The position numbers and the translations under genes are program-made. A stretch of 63,716 nt of DNA, the filler included, from Reticulomyxa filosa (taxonomy: Eukaryota; Protista; Foraminifera), in NCBI GenBank assembly GCA_000512085.1. It is 19 parts of 19 records of this genome, joined end to end, with 100 filler letters (N's around TTAATTAATTAA, not from the genome) between each part and the next. Parts side by side here need not be neighbours in the genome. Positions count along the whole stretch, not along the records: positions 37,089 to 42,806 come from ASPP01046733.1; positions 42,907 to 48,839 come from ASPP01045669.1; positions 48,940 to 58,210 come from ASPP01006341.1; 16 more parts are not named here. One strand, written 5' to 3'. Positions 36,989-49,967 of this stretch are shown here, piece after piece (position 1 is the stretch's first letter; every line of letters starts with the position of its first letter). Below the pieces are notes generated by a model. That model had not been told where the DNA came from. It saw nothing but the letters and a program-made list of their open reading frames with translations, and ran no database searches.

Positions 36989-37934
36989 NNNNNNNNNNNN
37001 NNNNNNNNNNNNNNNNNNNNNNNNNNNNNNNNTTAATTAATTAANNNNNNNNNNNNNNNNNNNNNNNNNNNNNNNNNNNNNNNNNNNNGAAATCATGGTT
37101 TGTTAAATCTATTTTTTTTATTTTTTTTTTTTTTTTTGCATAATAACATTATGTATTTTTTCAATTAAAGCTGCAGCCCTATTCAAAAAAAAAAAATTAT
37201 ACGTCCATCCCTCCAAAGAAAAACTTCGGGGTTGAAGCCACCCACGCGTTTGAAAAAAAATGAAAAGGTTTATTTTAAATTTTTTTTTATTTTTTAATGA
37301 AAAGTATGTTTGTGTTTGAATAGGCATGCCCCCACAAAAAAAAATTGTTTGTACTCCTCCACTACCTGTGCAAAAGAAAAAAATATAGAATATTTGAATT
37401 AGAGCGTTGAGCTCCAAGGCAAAAGTAAGTTTTGTTTATTTGTTTTTTTTCAAATGGAAAAATTTTGATTTGTGAATGGTCAACAGGGGTCTAAAGCAAA
37501 GCACGATTGGGAATTTTTATTTTATTTTATTTCTATTTCTATTTGAGAGGGATAGGGAAAATGAATGGGAAAATGATTGGGAAAAAAAGGATGGGAAAAT
37601 TGTTGGTGAAAAAATGAAAAATGAAAGTAAAAAAATAGATAAAAAATTTTATTTGAGAAAAATGAAAAAATAAAAAAGAATGATAAAATAAAAAAAATGA
37701 AAATGTTGAAAATTAAAAAAAATGATGGCAATTGTAAAAATTAAAAAAAAATTAAAAAGAGAAAAAAATGAAAATAAGAAAAAAAAGATATAAAAGATAT
37801 AAAAAGAGAAAAAAGATGAAAAAAGTAAAATGGAAAATGGGAGGGATAAAAAAGAATGAAGAAGAATAAGAAAAAAGAAAAAAAAAGACAATAAGATCGT
37901 GTACGTGGGGATATGCGCAAATCTAGACTTCGTG

Positions 37935-39060
37935 CTCCAGACATATACTACTTCACATAGAATGCGCCAATCAAAGATAGAATAAATGGTGGAAATGCAG
38001 CGCGAACAACTGGAAAGAACTTGGAGTCAATGTATGTGCACACAAGTCTCTGGCGCTTTGCAACGCCGACAATTACCTGTAAAGAGAACGTCTGATCGCG
38101 ATTTACATGTTCCAGATCGACTGTTATAAAAATAGCGCTAACTAGTCATGTCGAAACTTATAGTATGCGTACGCACATTCGTAACTTTGTTTCAAACCGT
38201 GCATACGTTGATTTGATGAATCGCTTGCAATGAATACGCCCAAGACTGAAAAAAAACGTTACTTCCAATCATCAAATCGCCAATCGAAACATTGTGAAAT
38301 GCCCGCGCAAGTATTTATCTCGTCAAAAGGAAGACGACTTTTTTCAAGTACGAAGTCCATCCGCTATCGTTGAACAGTTTGCGCTTTTTTTTTTCTTTTT
38401 AGCTAGCTTTCTTTCGTCGTCATCCAACTTTCCGGAACTGGTTTGGGAAAATCTTGTCAAAGTAGAAAAGATATAGACAATGTGGTATCACAACGGCGGC
38501 AAATAAAAAGTTGAAGTTAATGAAGAAAAAAACATGTAAGTTGTTAGTGAATACATTACTCACAGCAATCGAGAAAACCACTACATTGGGAGAATGTTCC
38601 ATGTGCGAGTGGCTAAACTTGGTGGAGGGATTGTGCGAAACTCCGTGAACACGTTGACAATCAAGAAGTGGAATATGATGATGATGATAATGATGAAGAT
38701 AAAGAAAGAGGAAATCGAAATCATATTGCGCTGGACATGTTAAAAAAAAGTCTCCAGATTTGCTTAGTATAGTTATGCACTGGATCTTTCACGTATACGA
38801 GTAGAAACTTCGTGTTTCCAGACATTCATTACATTCCAATAGAACGCTCCAATCAAAGAAAATGAATAAGTATGTGTGAATGACTTGACCATCATAGGTG
38901 CACACAAGTCTCTGGCGCTATGATAATCCAACAATCATCCGCAAAGAGATAGGCGAGATGCGATTTAAATGTCCCAATGAGCAAGTAAAGCGCGATTGTT
39001 ATAAAAATACCGTAGACTACAGTGTCGAAACTGGCCGTGAGCATACGCACATTCGCAACA
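37935..39060 (+). repeat. Diverged direct duplication (~37935-38185 and ~38815-39060) inside decayed coding sequence
   Basis: Shared blocks TCCAGACAT, CCAATCAAAGA, GTGCACACAAGTCTCTGGCGCT, TGTTATAAAAATA, TGTCGAAACT and TACGCACATTCG occur in the same order about 860-880 bp apart. Confidence 0.85.
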
Positions 39061-39499
39061 TTTTCTTTGTAGTAGTCGTTCGTGTGCTGCTGATTGAAGA
39101 AATGGTGATAGCGCTAGTGTCATAAGCACTAATGATTGTGAAAAGATATAGAACTGGCTCAGTTCGGCAAAGATAATCGACAGACGCAATGCAATATATT
39201 CTTGCAATGATTGTCTCCATATCGACTGTGAATCATAGACAGCGTGTTGGATGCGACGAAATACTTTGTATACCAGTAATTGGAGAGCATCAAAAGCGAT
39301 CATCCAAATATTATTGAATGGACGCAAGGCGATTGATGCAAAAATTTCTAAGAACGACCATTATCCAACGCCAATGTGTCCTCCTCATCATAAGGGTAGC
39401 AAGACTGGACTAGCGTCGTATTTTGAAAATATCAATCATAAGATGACATTGGAATAGTTGAAGAAAGATTTCCTCAATTGAACTGGGACATTTTTCGTA

Positions 39500-41560
39500 G
39501 TCAAGTAGCATCAAGGTCCAGAAAGAAATTCTTGAAAATACCACGCAGAAAAAAAAACGATATCGATGATGTCCTTGCTCTTTTTCCTGACTTTCTTCCT
39601 CTTTTATCCTATCTTTGTCTTTTTCTTTCTTTTGTTTTTTTTTTTTCATTGTTCCGTCCTTTCGTCTCATTTCCACGATTTCCCTGAAAAAATTAGTATT
39701 ATTGTGATCCCCTTTATTCATTTTGCGCTTTCTCGCGTTTTCATGGACATTCGACTGTTTTTGTGATCCATGTGATGAAGATGGAATCGAGTTCGAATAG
39801 TTTTCGTGGGAAAATGAAGCGCGCATCGACTTGGAATTTTCTTTGTTGTTTCAGTCGTCTTTGGATAACAAATTAGTATTAATCGTGGAAGTGATTTCGT
39901 CTAAATTTTTGATTGTAATTATATCTTCGTTTATGTTTGGGGTTGTGATTGTGATTATGATTAGAGTTGTGATTGTAATTGAAACAATACATAACATGAT
40001 TGTTGGACACTCGATTGTCTAAATTATTATTTGAAGGATTCAAGGTTGCAAGAGATCACTTCTGTGTTTTGAAGGGTAATATTCGTATGGTAATCGCGTG
40101 GAAGATTCTTGTCCAATGTTCCCATTACCTTTGCAATGGTCAATGGTAAATGCAAATCACACAACCAAAATCCAAGAAAATTACGTGTGTATTTGGCTTG
40201 TTTCTGTTTGGAGTAATTACATACCTAGTGTAGACTCAAAGGGGGAGGAAAAAGATGAATTGATTGACTGGTGTTGGTGGACGTTTTCCACGTTTCATTG
40301 GTAATGCTGGTAAGCGGACTGACAAATTGGTTTGGAAGAGTGATGTGGAGATGTTCTTGTGCTTCTGTTACCTTCGGATGGGTATTTTCGACGCATGTGG
40401 CTTCGCCACTCCTCATAGTGACAGGACAGCTTTAGTGATGAGTCGTTCTTTTCATCGGTCAATTTTGGCATATTTGCCCTTGTTACATTCGTTGAAAGAG
40501 AGACCATTGTTATTGCTATGATCGCTGCCATTTCCATTGCCGTTGCTGCTACCATTGCTACTGCTGTTGCCATTGATAGGGGTGCCCGTTCTGGTGCTGT
40601 TGTTAGTATCATTGACAGGTTGAAAAGGGAACAATAACACTCTTTGTTATTGTATGAGATGTAAATTTAAATGCGAAGAGAAGATTGGGGTATTTGGAAA
40701 AAGTATTAATAGAGTTGATGTTTGCTGTGGTGTAGCAACAAACGCGGATCAGTTGTCATCATGGACGTTGCAGATGTAGTCAATGACAGCATGCTCGCTG
40801 CCTCTACCCATTTGAGGCGAACTTGTCTCTATTCGGTGCAAAGCATACGATGGTGTTATCTTTCGCTTGTCGTCTTCTACATCCTGTAAATGTTGGGATT
40901 GGTCCTCAAAATGGTGACAAATTGTAAGAAAAAAAAGTCTTGTTGCTGGATTTGTCTCGGGCCAATGCACAACAAAGTCCATATCCGAAGACTCAAAGTG
41001 AACACTTAATTCGTATGAACCATAACAACACACATATGCTCTCTGCCTGCTCATCTTTCATTCGTCCTTTCGAACACGATACTGTTTGAATCCATTCACA
41101 AGCCATTTTCTCAATATCCGCTATCACGCGAATGCGCTTTGTTGTCTTCATTCAAAAGGGTTCACTCTTCATCGCATCAATGCCACATTGCGATGCGTGC
41201 GTGCTGACAGGATGCTCTTTTCGACAATTCAAACGATCTGATTGGTTCCAATTGTCTTCATCCTTATTGCTTGGCAGAGGAAAAGGGGTTGTCAACAGCA
41301 CTGCCACACCAATTCAATATCATTGTCATAGTCGGCATGACTGTATCTCTCAAGTTCGATTGTAATGCAGATTTGTCTGTCACGTATTGTTGTCAATGCA
41401 ATCGTTGCAATCGTTGTCATTGTTGCTTTCATGATGCTTTTCGTTGATCTCTTTATTTTCATCTTCACCATTACCATCCTTATTGTCATGTTTGGCAATG
41501 CCATCACTATTTTTGTTATTGCCATTGTTAGTATTTGCGTTGGCGATTCCACACATTTGG
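39500..41560 (-). pseudogene. Poly(A) polymerase-like nucleotidyltransferase pseudogene
   Basis: AYVCCYGSYELSVHFESSDMDFVV resembles PAP FGSYRLGVH..GADID. In-frame stops lie immediately upstream and downstream, and the flanks are N/S-rich low complexity. Confidence 0.65.
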
Positions 41561-42906
41561 TCCCTCTTTATGACTCTTTACACCAAATTTGCTTACAAAC
41601 ATTGTTCGCGTATTTGTTTCTTTTTTTTTCCGATTTATTTGTCGTGATGCTATTAAAAAAATCAAAATAAAAATATTTTAAATTAAAAAAAAAAACAAAA
41701 AACTTTAAACGAAAAAGTTTTGATTAAAAAAATGCTAAAAATCAGTGCAAAACAATCTGGTGAAAGGAAAAAAAGCTGTGATGGACACTCAAGGCACACA
41801 AAACGAACAATACTTTTTAGTTTAATTTTGTAAGAGCGAAGCAAGCAGATGTTCTGTGTGCAATAATTTTTTGATGACGTCACGCAGCTTGGAAAAAGGG
41901 TGAGGGAAAAGAAAGTAAAGTAATCTCTGTTCTTACCTAAAATTTAAAAAAAGTTGCTTTCAACTGAAGTGTGTGATGCTTCAAACTTTGGGGGAAGACA
42001 GCATCCCTGCAGATTGGCTGCAAGAAACCTCTTTTTGTGTTTCCTTCTCAAAAAAAGAAAAAGCTGTCATGATTGTAGAGAAATCTTTATTTGCCATAAA
42101 ACAAATCTACCAATTAAAAAATATCATTAACAACAAAATGAGATGGACAATACAATTGTCATAGTTTTTCTATTTTATAATTTTTAGTATATCAAACATT
42201 AAGAAAGGCTTAAAAGCTACTTGCAATCAATTGATTCATACTAAGTCTTCGCATTTGCACATTTATGCTCCAATTTGTTTCTGAAATTTTAGTCGTTTAT
42301 GTTATCCTCTAACTCGTATGCAACCTACTGAAAATAAGTTGGCTTTTAGTGGATGGTCAATTGTGATACAATAATCCCAAAGAACAAAATAAAATACATG
42401 ATTGACCAGGCTACTCTAATACATTGATCATCTCTACACTGCTGTTTTTTCAAACATTTACACAGTTAGTGATAGTGTACCATTGCTCTAAAAAAAGTGG
42501 CATAAACATTGCTTAAACGCAATTGTTTGTAATCATTACCTTGTGTTTCCGTAAAGCATGTCGTACAAACTTCTAAGGAGCTAGAGCTTGTCAATGTGTT
42601 GGCAATTTCTCTTCTTCAAAACAAATCTTACAGAGTTTCCATTTCGTTTAGTTTTGCTATTGTCGTCAGTCAAACAAATTTCTGACATATAGTAAAAGAG
42701 CTTCATTTCAGCACCCAACGTGCCACAAGCTCATTTAAAGTTTTCAGTTACAATTTGCGTATTTTTTCAAAAAGTGCAGCAAATTTACTTTAAAACTACA
42801 AAAGTTNNNNNNNNNNNNNNNNNNNNNNNNNNNNNNNNNNNNNNNNNNNNTTAATTAATTAANNNNNNNNNNNNNNNNNNNNNNNNNNNNNNNNNNNNNN
42901 NNNNNN

Positions 42907-44800
42907 TGGCAATATCTTGATCAAAACGATTTTCACATTTGAATACAGTGTAATTTGAAATGGATGCATTGAATACAGATAAAAGAGCATCTCCTTGAGG
43001 AGATCGTTTAAATGACCCTAATCCTCCAAAGTTTAAAATGACGTATAAAATATCTCCAACAATCCTTGCAGTGATCCAAACTCCATCTGTGCAACGAGCA
43101 CCCGAAATATTGAATTTACATCCAAGCAAATGATTCAGCATATAAGACTTGCCAGTGGATTGTTTTCTCATGTACTCATTACTCAAATCTTTCCTGGCCA
43201 CAAGTTGATTAGTGCATCATAGCCTCCAAATCGAATGCATTCAACAAAACTACCGTTTGTTGTGCAATGTGCATAATGTGCTTGATCATTTTCATCATTG
43301 TAAAGTAATACAAAATCACCTCCAAAGGCTCAAGCAATTTGCATCGGAAACTGCATAATCAATTGTCTTATGAAATCATCTCCACTTCTGGAAGGACTAT
43401 GATTTTTCACCAATTTCAAAACATCTTTCAGATATGTTTGCTTGTATGTGCCATCGATAACAATGGATTCACATTGCCAGTCCAAATGCGTAAATATTTT
43501 TTGGTGTCTTGTTTGACTTTGTCGCATCCAATTCGGATGCCTGTGTAATCGATGTCCATGAGAATGGTGATGAAGATTTGTCTTTACCGGCATCCAAGAG
43601 AACAGACAAATGAAAGGCCAATTTAAGCTATGAATAAACCTCTGGCTTGGATCCAAACTTGTCCAAACTGTATTCGATATAATCCAATTTGCTTGGTTTT
43701 CTTTTTTGCATCCCTCTGTCTGTGGATGATAGTTTGAAATGTAATTGAAATTTTTTCAACGACACCTGCAATGGCAAACAATGGAAAATAAACCGATTAT
43801 CCAAAGAGACGAGATGAATTTGTTGTCCAAGTATTACTTTGAATTGAATATTGCTTATACCACTTGATGTGAATTCCCTGGCAACAATAAACTACACACA
43901 AGTCCTTTGGAGTGGTTGAGTGCATACAAATCACATTGCGCCAAACCAGTCGATGTGAGCTTCATTGAGGGATAATTGTAGTATTAGTAGGGTTTCTGTA
44001 TCTTTTCTTTTTCCGTTTGAGATTTTGATCGGATTGCGTTGTATTTGATGTTTTTTTCTTCTTTCTCTTGTCCAATATATCTCCCTTTTAATGGCGTCAA
44101 CATTTTAGAATACAAACCATTTCTCGTTCATGATTGAACAGGCCAGTGTCCAAAGCAATACAATGAATCGTGTTTGTATTATTGAGAATATACAAATTGT
44201 CATCTTTGCTGTCGAAACACATGCTTGTGACATAAAAGCCATCGGGCAATACTCGTTCACGCAAATTGATGGCTTTGTATAGTCGCAAAGGGTCTTTCCA
44301 ATTAAATCCAAAAATGGATTGTCGCAAAGAGTCTATAATTTGTTTATTTCATTTGTATACGCAGCATTTGTCTTGAGGAGAAAAAGAAAATTTTGGTGAT
44401 GCAATTTTGATTGTATTGTTTACTCTATAAATCTTGTTTGCTTGCATGTTTGTCGTCATCGCAGTATTTGTATTTTCTCTCTTTGTTGTTCTCTTCGTGC
44501 ACCGATAAAGCGTCGGATACATTATTGTCAATGGAAAGCACTAGCACAATTTTATTGTTGGCCAATCCATACCAATTGTCCATTCTCACAAATGTCAATT
44601 TCATTGCCTGTTTGCATCGCTTGTTTCAACTCCAAATTATTTGGGTTCGAATATGATGTAGTGAAATCATCAGATGAAAATGTCAAGTGTTGAATTGGTT
44701 TTAGTCTTGTTTCGATACTTCCTTTCAATTCGTTGTTATGACGCGTTTCTATAACACAGGACAATGAATTACCATTGTCCATTCTTTCGTTTATTTCATT
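42907..44800 (-). pseudogene. VLIG/GVIN1-type (GBP/atlastin superfamily) large GTPase pseudogene
   Basis: KQSTGKSYMLNHL (G1), GARCTDGVWI (G2) and LNFGGLGSFKRSPQGDALL (degenerate LDFEGLGS.ERS.QED), with FIRQLIMQFPMQIA upstream. Many stops and frameshifts. Confidence 0.8.
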
Positions 44801-46424
44801 TCTTGCAAAAAATAACCCAAAAAATTTTGGTTTTAATTAGCCAATGAAATATTGGTTCATCAAAAACAGTACAAAAAACCAAAGTATGAAATAAGTGAAA
44901 ACCATATACTCTCTTTTTGCCAGTTTTGGGAAACAAAGCCAGTTTCTTGAACAAAGACCGGACAATTCACGTAGTAAATCCCTAACAAATTTGATTTTTA
45001 TGTTTTATTGTCGATTTGGCAACACTAGAAGTCGCGTCATTCTTATTTGAGGAGGTAGAAACTTAAAATAATCTATGTTCATACCTAAATACGAATGTTG
45101 TCATAAGGACATGATACAATTGTACAATCAGAAGTTTATTGCATTTCCTAATTTCAGAAATATATAAATGTTTAAATCTGGATGATTCTTTGTTTTCGAT
45201 AGACAAAGCCAAATCCTTTGTCTAAAAGTGTGCTCACTCCTTCAAAAGAGAGCAAAATGTTAATGTTTGTAATGTTTCAAAGATAGTGTTTCGCAATTGT
45301 GTACTTCCAGAGGAAAGAAAAAAAAGCAGTAAAATTCCATTAAAAAGGTGTTTTGCATAAAAGGCTAAAATAACAAGTAAACTTGCGTCTTCCTTTGAGC
45401 ATTGTCTTGTATTGAGATTGTTATGTGAATATTTCAGTGGAATATACTTGTACTTTAAAAAAAATTGATAACGACCACTTTGACAAAAAAAAAAAAGAGC
45501 TGTTAGTTTTTCGTTGAATTTTTGGGAAACGAGAGGTTCAGTTCGAGCTGTGGTCATTTAAGGAGGAAAGCGTCCTTCTCGTCGTTACATTTTTCACTGT
45601 TGTGGAGTTTCCCAAAAGTATCTTGTCCCTGTATGTTGACATGGGGAAAAATTCTTCAGCGTACTGTGTAGTTAGTCTCCAGTATCCCAAGCTGTCATTT
45701 TAAAAAAAATTAAGATTGACAAGTATTATACAGTGCATTTGACACTGTTGAATTGGCAAAAAGTCATTATCAGTGCACGATTACAGACGAACATTGCACA
45801 CGTCCACGTGCAGAGGGTAATCCCAGGAAATTTTTTTTAAAAACGGATTGTTGAGCATTACTAGATTCATAAGCAATCCCTGGAATAACAAAAACTTTGT
45901 ATTGTTTTCAAAATTTTTGCATTGTTAAAATTTGTTTATTAAGTCAAAACAAGTGTTACGTGTGATGAATAAATTATTATAACTGTTTTTTAATTTTTTT
46001 TTCGCTTGGAGCACTCGAAACTGTATTCCTTTTTTCCTCTATATTTCACTTTTGCATCTTAGTTTAAATTCTGCTCCACCTTCGAATTATGTTTTTCGAG
46101 TTCCAATTCTATTCCATTGACAACATGTTGACCTTTGTAATAATACTTGGTATCAATCATATTTAAAAATATTGAACAAAACGATGTTTTGATATTTAAT
46201 AAAACCAGGAAGTAAATGATAATGAAGAGAATTTGCGTTTAAGTTAAACGTATTACAATACTTCCTTTTATGCGTGAAAAGACTGCACAAATCTTTTGTC
46301 AGAAAAGCCAACATTGATTCCCAAAAAAAAAAGTGGAGTGAAAAATAAATTGGAGTCATGAAAATGTTTTGCTCAAAAAAAAAGAAAAGTCATACAATTT
46401 TGATTAGTTTTATAGTTTGTATTT

Positions 46425-47490
46425 ACTCTTGTACGTTGTCAACAATTTGGTTGATGTCATTTTTTAATGCTTCAACTCGACTCACCATTGTTTGCCATTC
46501 ATGTTCACGAATATTGTCGAAACTCCATTGGTGCTATTCAATTTTGTAATTGCTTGTCCGATTCATTTTCAACGTTTTTTAACTTTTCTAGTTCTGCTTT
46601 TTGTTTGTCCAATCTTTCGTCAATTTCATCAGAAACGCTGTGTTTTGTCTGCATTTGTTATGCGACTTCCCTTAAAGCCTTAACCAATTTTCTGAGGCTG
46701 CCTCTGTGTTTTCTGCAATCGATATTGATTTCATACCCCGCTGTGTTAACACTATATATTCGGTTACGGTTTCCTTTAATTCTGTATGTGCCTTCTATTT
46801 TTTCCCGCAAACCATCCAAGAAGCCACCAATCAAAGCCCCAACTATGGCACCAACAGCAGCCCCCCAAAGATCCTTCAGCTTCCTTCAATAATACCTCCA
46901 ACAACAGCTCCAACAGCACCTCCGATAATGGCTCCAGTTACAGCTTTATTTCCGGTGTTTTCCCAATTCCCTGACCTCACTTTCGACGTGATTTCAAATT
47001 TAAATTTTGTTGCAGTTTTCGTATCAGCGATAGTGTCGATGTCTTCAATGGCTTTCAACTCTTTACTTCCTTCAAGACTTTCGATCCTTGTTTTCAAATA
47101 GAGTTGATCTTGAATTATAGCTTCGCAATGTCGTTTTAACAATCTCGAATTATTCAGTGCAACTATTAATGATCACAATAAATTCTTTGCCTCCAACAGC
47201 GCAGCTGCATTTGTGAGTATGCCACTTTCTGTTTCAAAAAACGGTAGCAGCTCTTGCAGTCCATTAAAATGTGTGTTCACTGCCCTTGTTGCTTCTTCTT
47301 TCCACATATCCCCATATCGGTTCAATACAGGTTGTATCAATTATCACCATTGATTTCCTCGTCATATGAATTGGTCAGACTCTGTTCCAGTGCTGTCTTC
47401 AAAGACTCCACTTCTTCATGCAACACCTCTCCAGTGACAGCACATATTTTCACTTTCTGTAAATTTCTTCAACACATTTACCGTAATAAT
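46425..47490 (-). pseudogene. Decayed coiled-coil protein with a glycine-zipper hydrophobic hairpin
   Basis: GAIIGGAVGAVVGGIIEGS*RIFGGAAVGAIVGALIGG flanked by coiled-coil-like sequence, with in-frame stops. Confidence 0.55.
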
Positions 47491-47496
47491 TTACTT

Positions 47497-48028
47497 TAGC
47501 TAATGTTAAATTTGTTCGTGAAAAAAAATTACTAATGGATTTTATGCAAGAAATTGCTAAAGATACTAATAAATATTGCTTTGGCTATCGTGATACTATT
47601 CGTGCTATGGAAATGGGCGCTTTAGAAACTTGCATTGTTTGAGAAAATATTGATCTTTTAAGAATAAACATCCAATAATGATGAAAAAAGAAATTTATCT
47701 TACACCTAAAGAATCACAAAATTCTAATGATTTCTTAAAAGATGATTCTACTGGTCTTATTTGGGAAATTGTTCAACAAAATGATGGATGTAAACTAGAA
47801 TTTATTACTGATCGCTCACAAGAAGGTTCTCAGTTTGTTGACAGTTTTGGCGGAATTGGAGGTATTATTATATACGTATACATACATTATTATACGTATT
47901 TTACGTTAAATAAAAAATTTTTATGCTTTTCTTTTTCCATCAATGGCTTCCTGAGATATGCTATCAACTTTGCTGAACTCGAAGACATCATCGATGGCGA
48001 CAATGATGAAGAAGAGGCCTGGATTTGA
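47497..48028 (+). pseudogene. ETF1: Eukaryotic peptide chain release factor 1 (eRF1) C-domain pseudogene fragment
   Basis: LANVKFVREKKLL...[31 protein letters not shown]...GCKLEFITDRSQEGSQFVDSFGGIGG / intron / LRY. It has stops, a deletion and no N/M domains. Confidence 0.92.
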
Positions 48029-48958
48029 CGCATTCATGCGCTTGGAAGGGAAAACGTCACTGTCCGTGCAAGTGAACAGTATAGCACTACGGACTTAATG
48101 CACTAATTTTTTTAAACTGGAAAAAAAAACAAAAAAACAACTAAGAAAAACTAAACCACATTTTGGTATGCGTATTCAGCGGCTTTTTTTCGCCATGTTG
48201 TTTGTGTGATTTTTTGCGTATGGAGCAGTGCGGAGGGGAAACGTTTTTTAAAAAATTGATTATTTGCGGCCTTTGAGCTCGCTGTGGCTTTTTTGAAAGC
48301 CGATTCGACTTGTGATGCGAAGACTTCATCAAAAACAAGTTTGCTTGAAAAAATTCGTAAACTTTAAACTTTTAGCCTGTGCAAAAGCTTGGCCTAACGA
48401 GAAAAAAATGTTGCGACATTTCTACGTCAGAAATGTGCATAATGCACAAAAATTTCTTCTAAATCATCAAAAAATGTTTCGGTCACGTTTTTTAAGTTGA
48501 TGCACACGTCAAAAATGAACACATTTTTTTAAAGACGTATTCATCAATTCTTGTTCCTTGCATTAAAAAAAGATTTTTGTCAATTTTCCAAAAATTGTTT
48601 TGGCTAGCTTTATACATACAACGTCTTTCCTTTTAATAACGTCCTCCCCAAAAAAGTGTCACCACGAGGCACATCTTCAACCAAAGAGCTTTTCAAAAAA
48701 ACTGTATATTTTGACGTGTGCACCATAGAAACAGCACAAAATTTGTGTTTTTCATTATAAAAACAGTCCAAAAATGTTTTTGTCTTCGAAAAAGGTTTTT
48801 TTGCGATGTTTTGCGAAGATATAAAGTGAATAGTCAAATNNNNNNNNNNNNNNNNNNNNNNNNNNNNNNNNNNNNNNNNNNNNTTAATTAATTAANNNNN
48901 NNNNNNNNNNNNNNNNNNNNNNNNNNNNNNNNNNNNNNNAATATTGTTTATTGTATTA

Positions 48959-49609
48959 TCAGTTATGTAAGTATGGAATTTGGTGCAATTGAACATATGT
49001 AAGTGCAAGAAAAAGTGCGCTCACCTCTACACTGTTTTCCATCGAGTCAGTCATAAGGCAACCAAAGCGATCAAAGCGAAGGCGATAATTTGGCAACAAA
49101 GTTAGTTTGGAAATGACGTTACAACCAAATCGTTGAAGAAAAACCGCGGAAATCAATAAAAAGACATGTGTGAAAGGCAACAATAAATCATAATTCCAGA
49201 CATAAATTAGGGCGTATTGAGAGTAGCCAAGCAAACCCAAACTTACATATTGCAATGATCTCATAAATTTTTTGCTATTGTTTGAGTGCTTTTTCAACAT
49301 TGATAAGCCATTGGTATCCACCAATACCATTGGCTCTTTCACTTTGAAGAAGGACAACGTTATTTTTTCTGGAAGTGGGGTCTCTTCCTCAACTTTCTCT
49401 GCCCTTGATCCAGTTATTTTGGATAGAAGACCACTTCGTTTAGACTTCTCAAACGTGTCCTTTTCCATTGATGCAATTGTTTGTTTTTTGTAGTAGGTTG
49501 GTGGCCCCGGCGCAGGTTCTTTCTTCAAACTTGAGGCTGTTCGTGCCACATGAAATGCCGAAAGCCTAGTACTTGGTCTATCTACAACATGAATGCATTT
49601 GCGATACAT
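48959..49609 (-). CDS. Putative mitochondrial two-TM protein (TMEM70/186/223-like)
   Basis: R/S-rich N-terminus resembling a targeting peptide, two hydrophobic helices, then NVISKLTLLP..RLRFDRFG. Confidence 0.45.
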   Translation of the reverse strand: MYRKCIHVVDRPSTRLSAFHVARTASSLKKEPAPGPPTYYKKQTIASMEKDTFEKSKRSGLLSKITGSRAEKVEEETPLPEKITLSFFKVKEPMVLVDTNGLSMLKKHSNNSKKFMRSLQYVSLGLLGYSQYALIYVWNYDLLLPFTHVFLLISAVFLQRFGCNVISKLTLLPNYRLRFDRFGCLMTDSMENSVEVSALFLALTYVQLHQIPYLHN

Positions 49610-49967
49610 GATCTATATTGGAATTATATTGTCACACTGAGTTTTTGATTCTAGGGGAAGATCAAAAAGTTTTAAGGCGTACACAAGTCGCAATATTACC
49701 ATCTCTTTATGGCAATCTTGAGAATACAGAGTCATATTGAGTTGTTGAACACGTTACTACGTTAATGTTTTTGTTCGGCACCACATTTAGTTGACTGTAG
49801 AAAAAGTGACAGCTCTACTAGTTTAACATTTCAAAGAAAAATGTCGAATTGGGTAACACAACAGATATGTTCAAGTACACAGTACAAGGAGTTGACTTGC
49901 CTTTTTTTAAACAAAAATTCACTTTAGTTTTAAGTACAGGATCTTGTCCATCTAATTTTCGCTTAAA

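Noticed and set aside
47497-48028. Alternative genetic code or stop-codon reassignment, suggested by in-frame stops and an odd eRF1
   Set aside because: Intact genes such as the 1042-aa ATPase exon have no in-frame stops, while the disrupted loci also carry frameshifts and deletions and use all three stop codons. This fits pseudogenisation.
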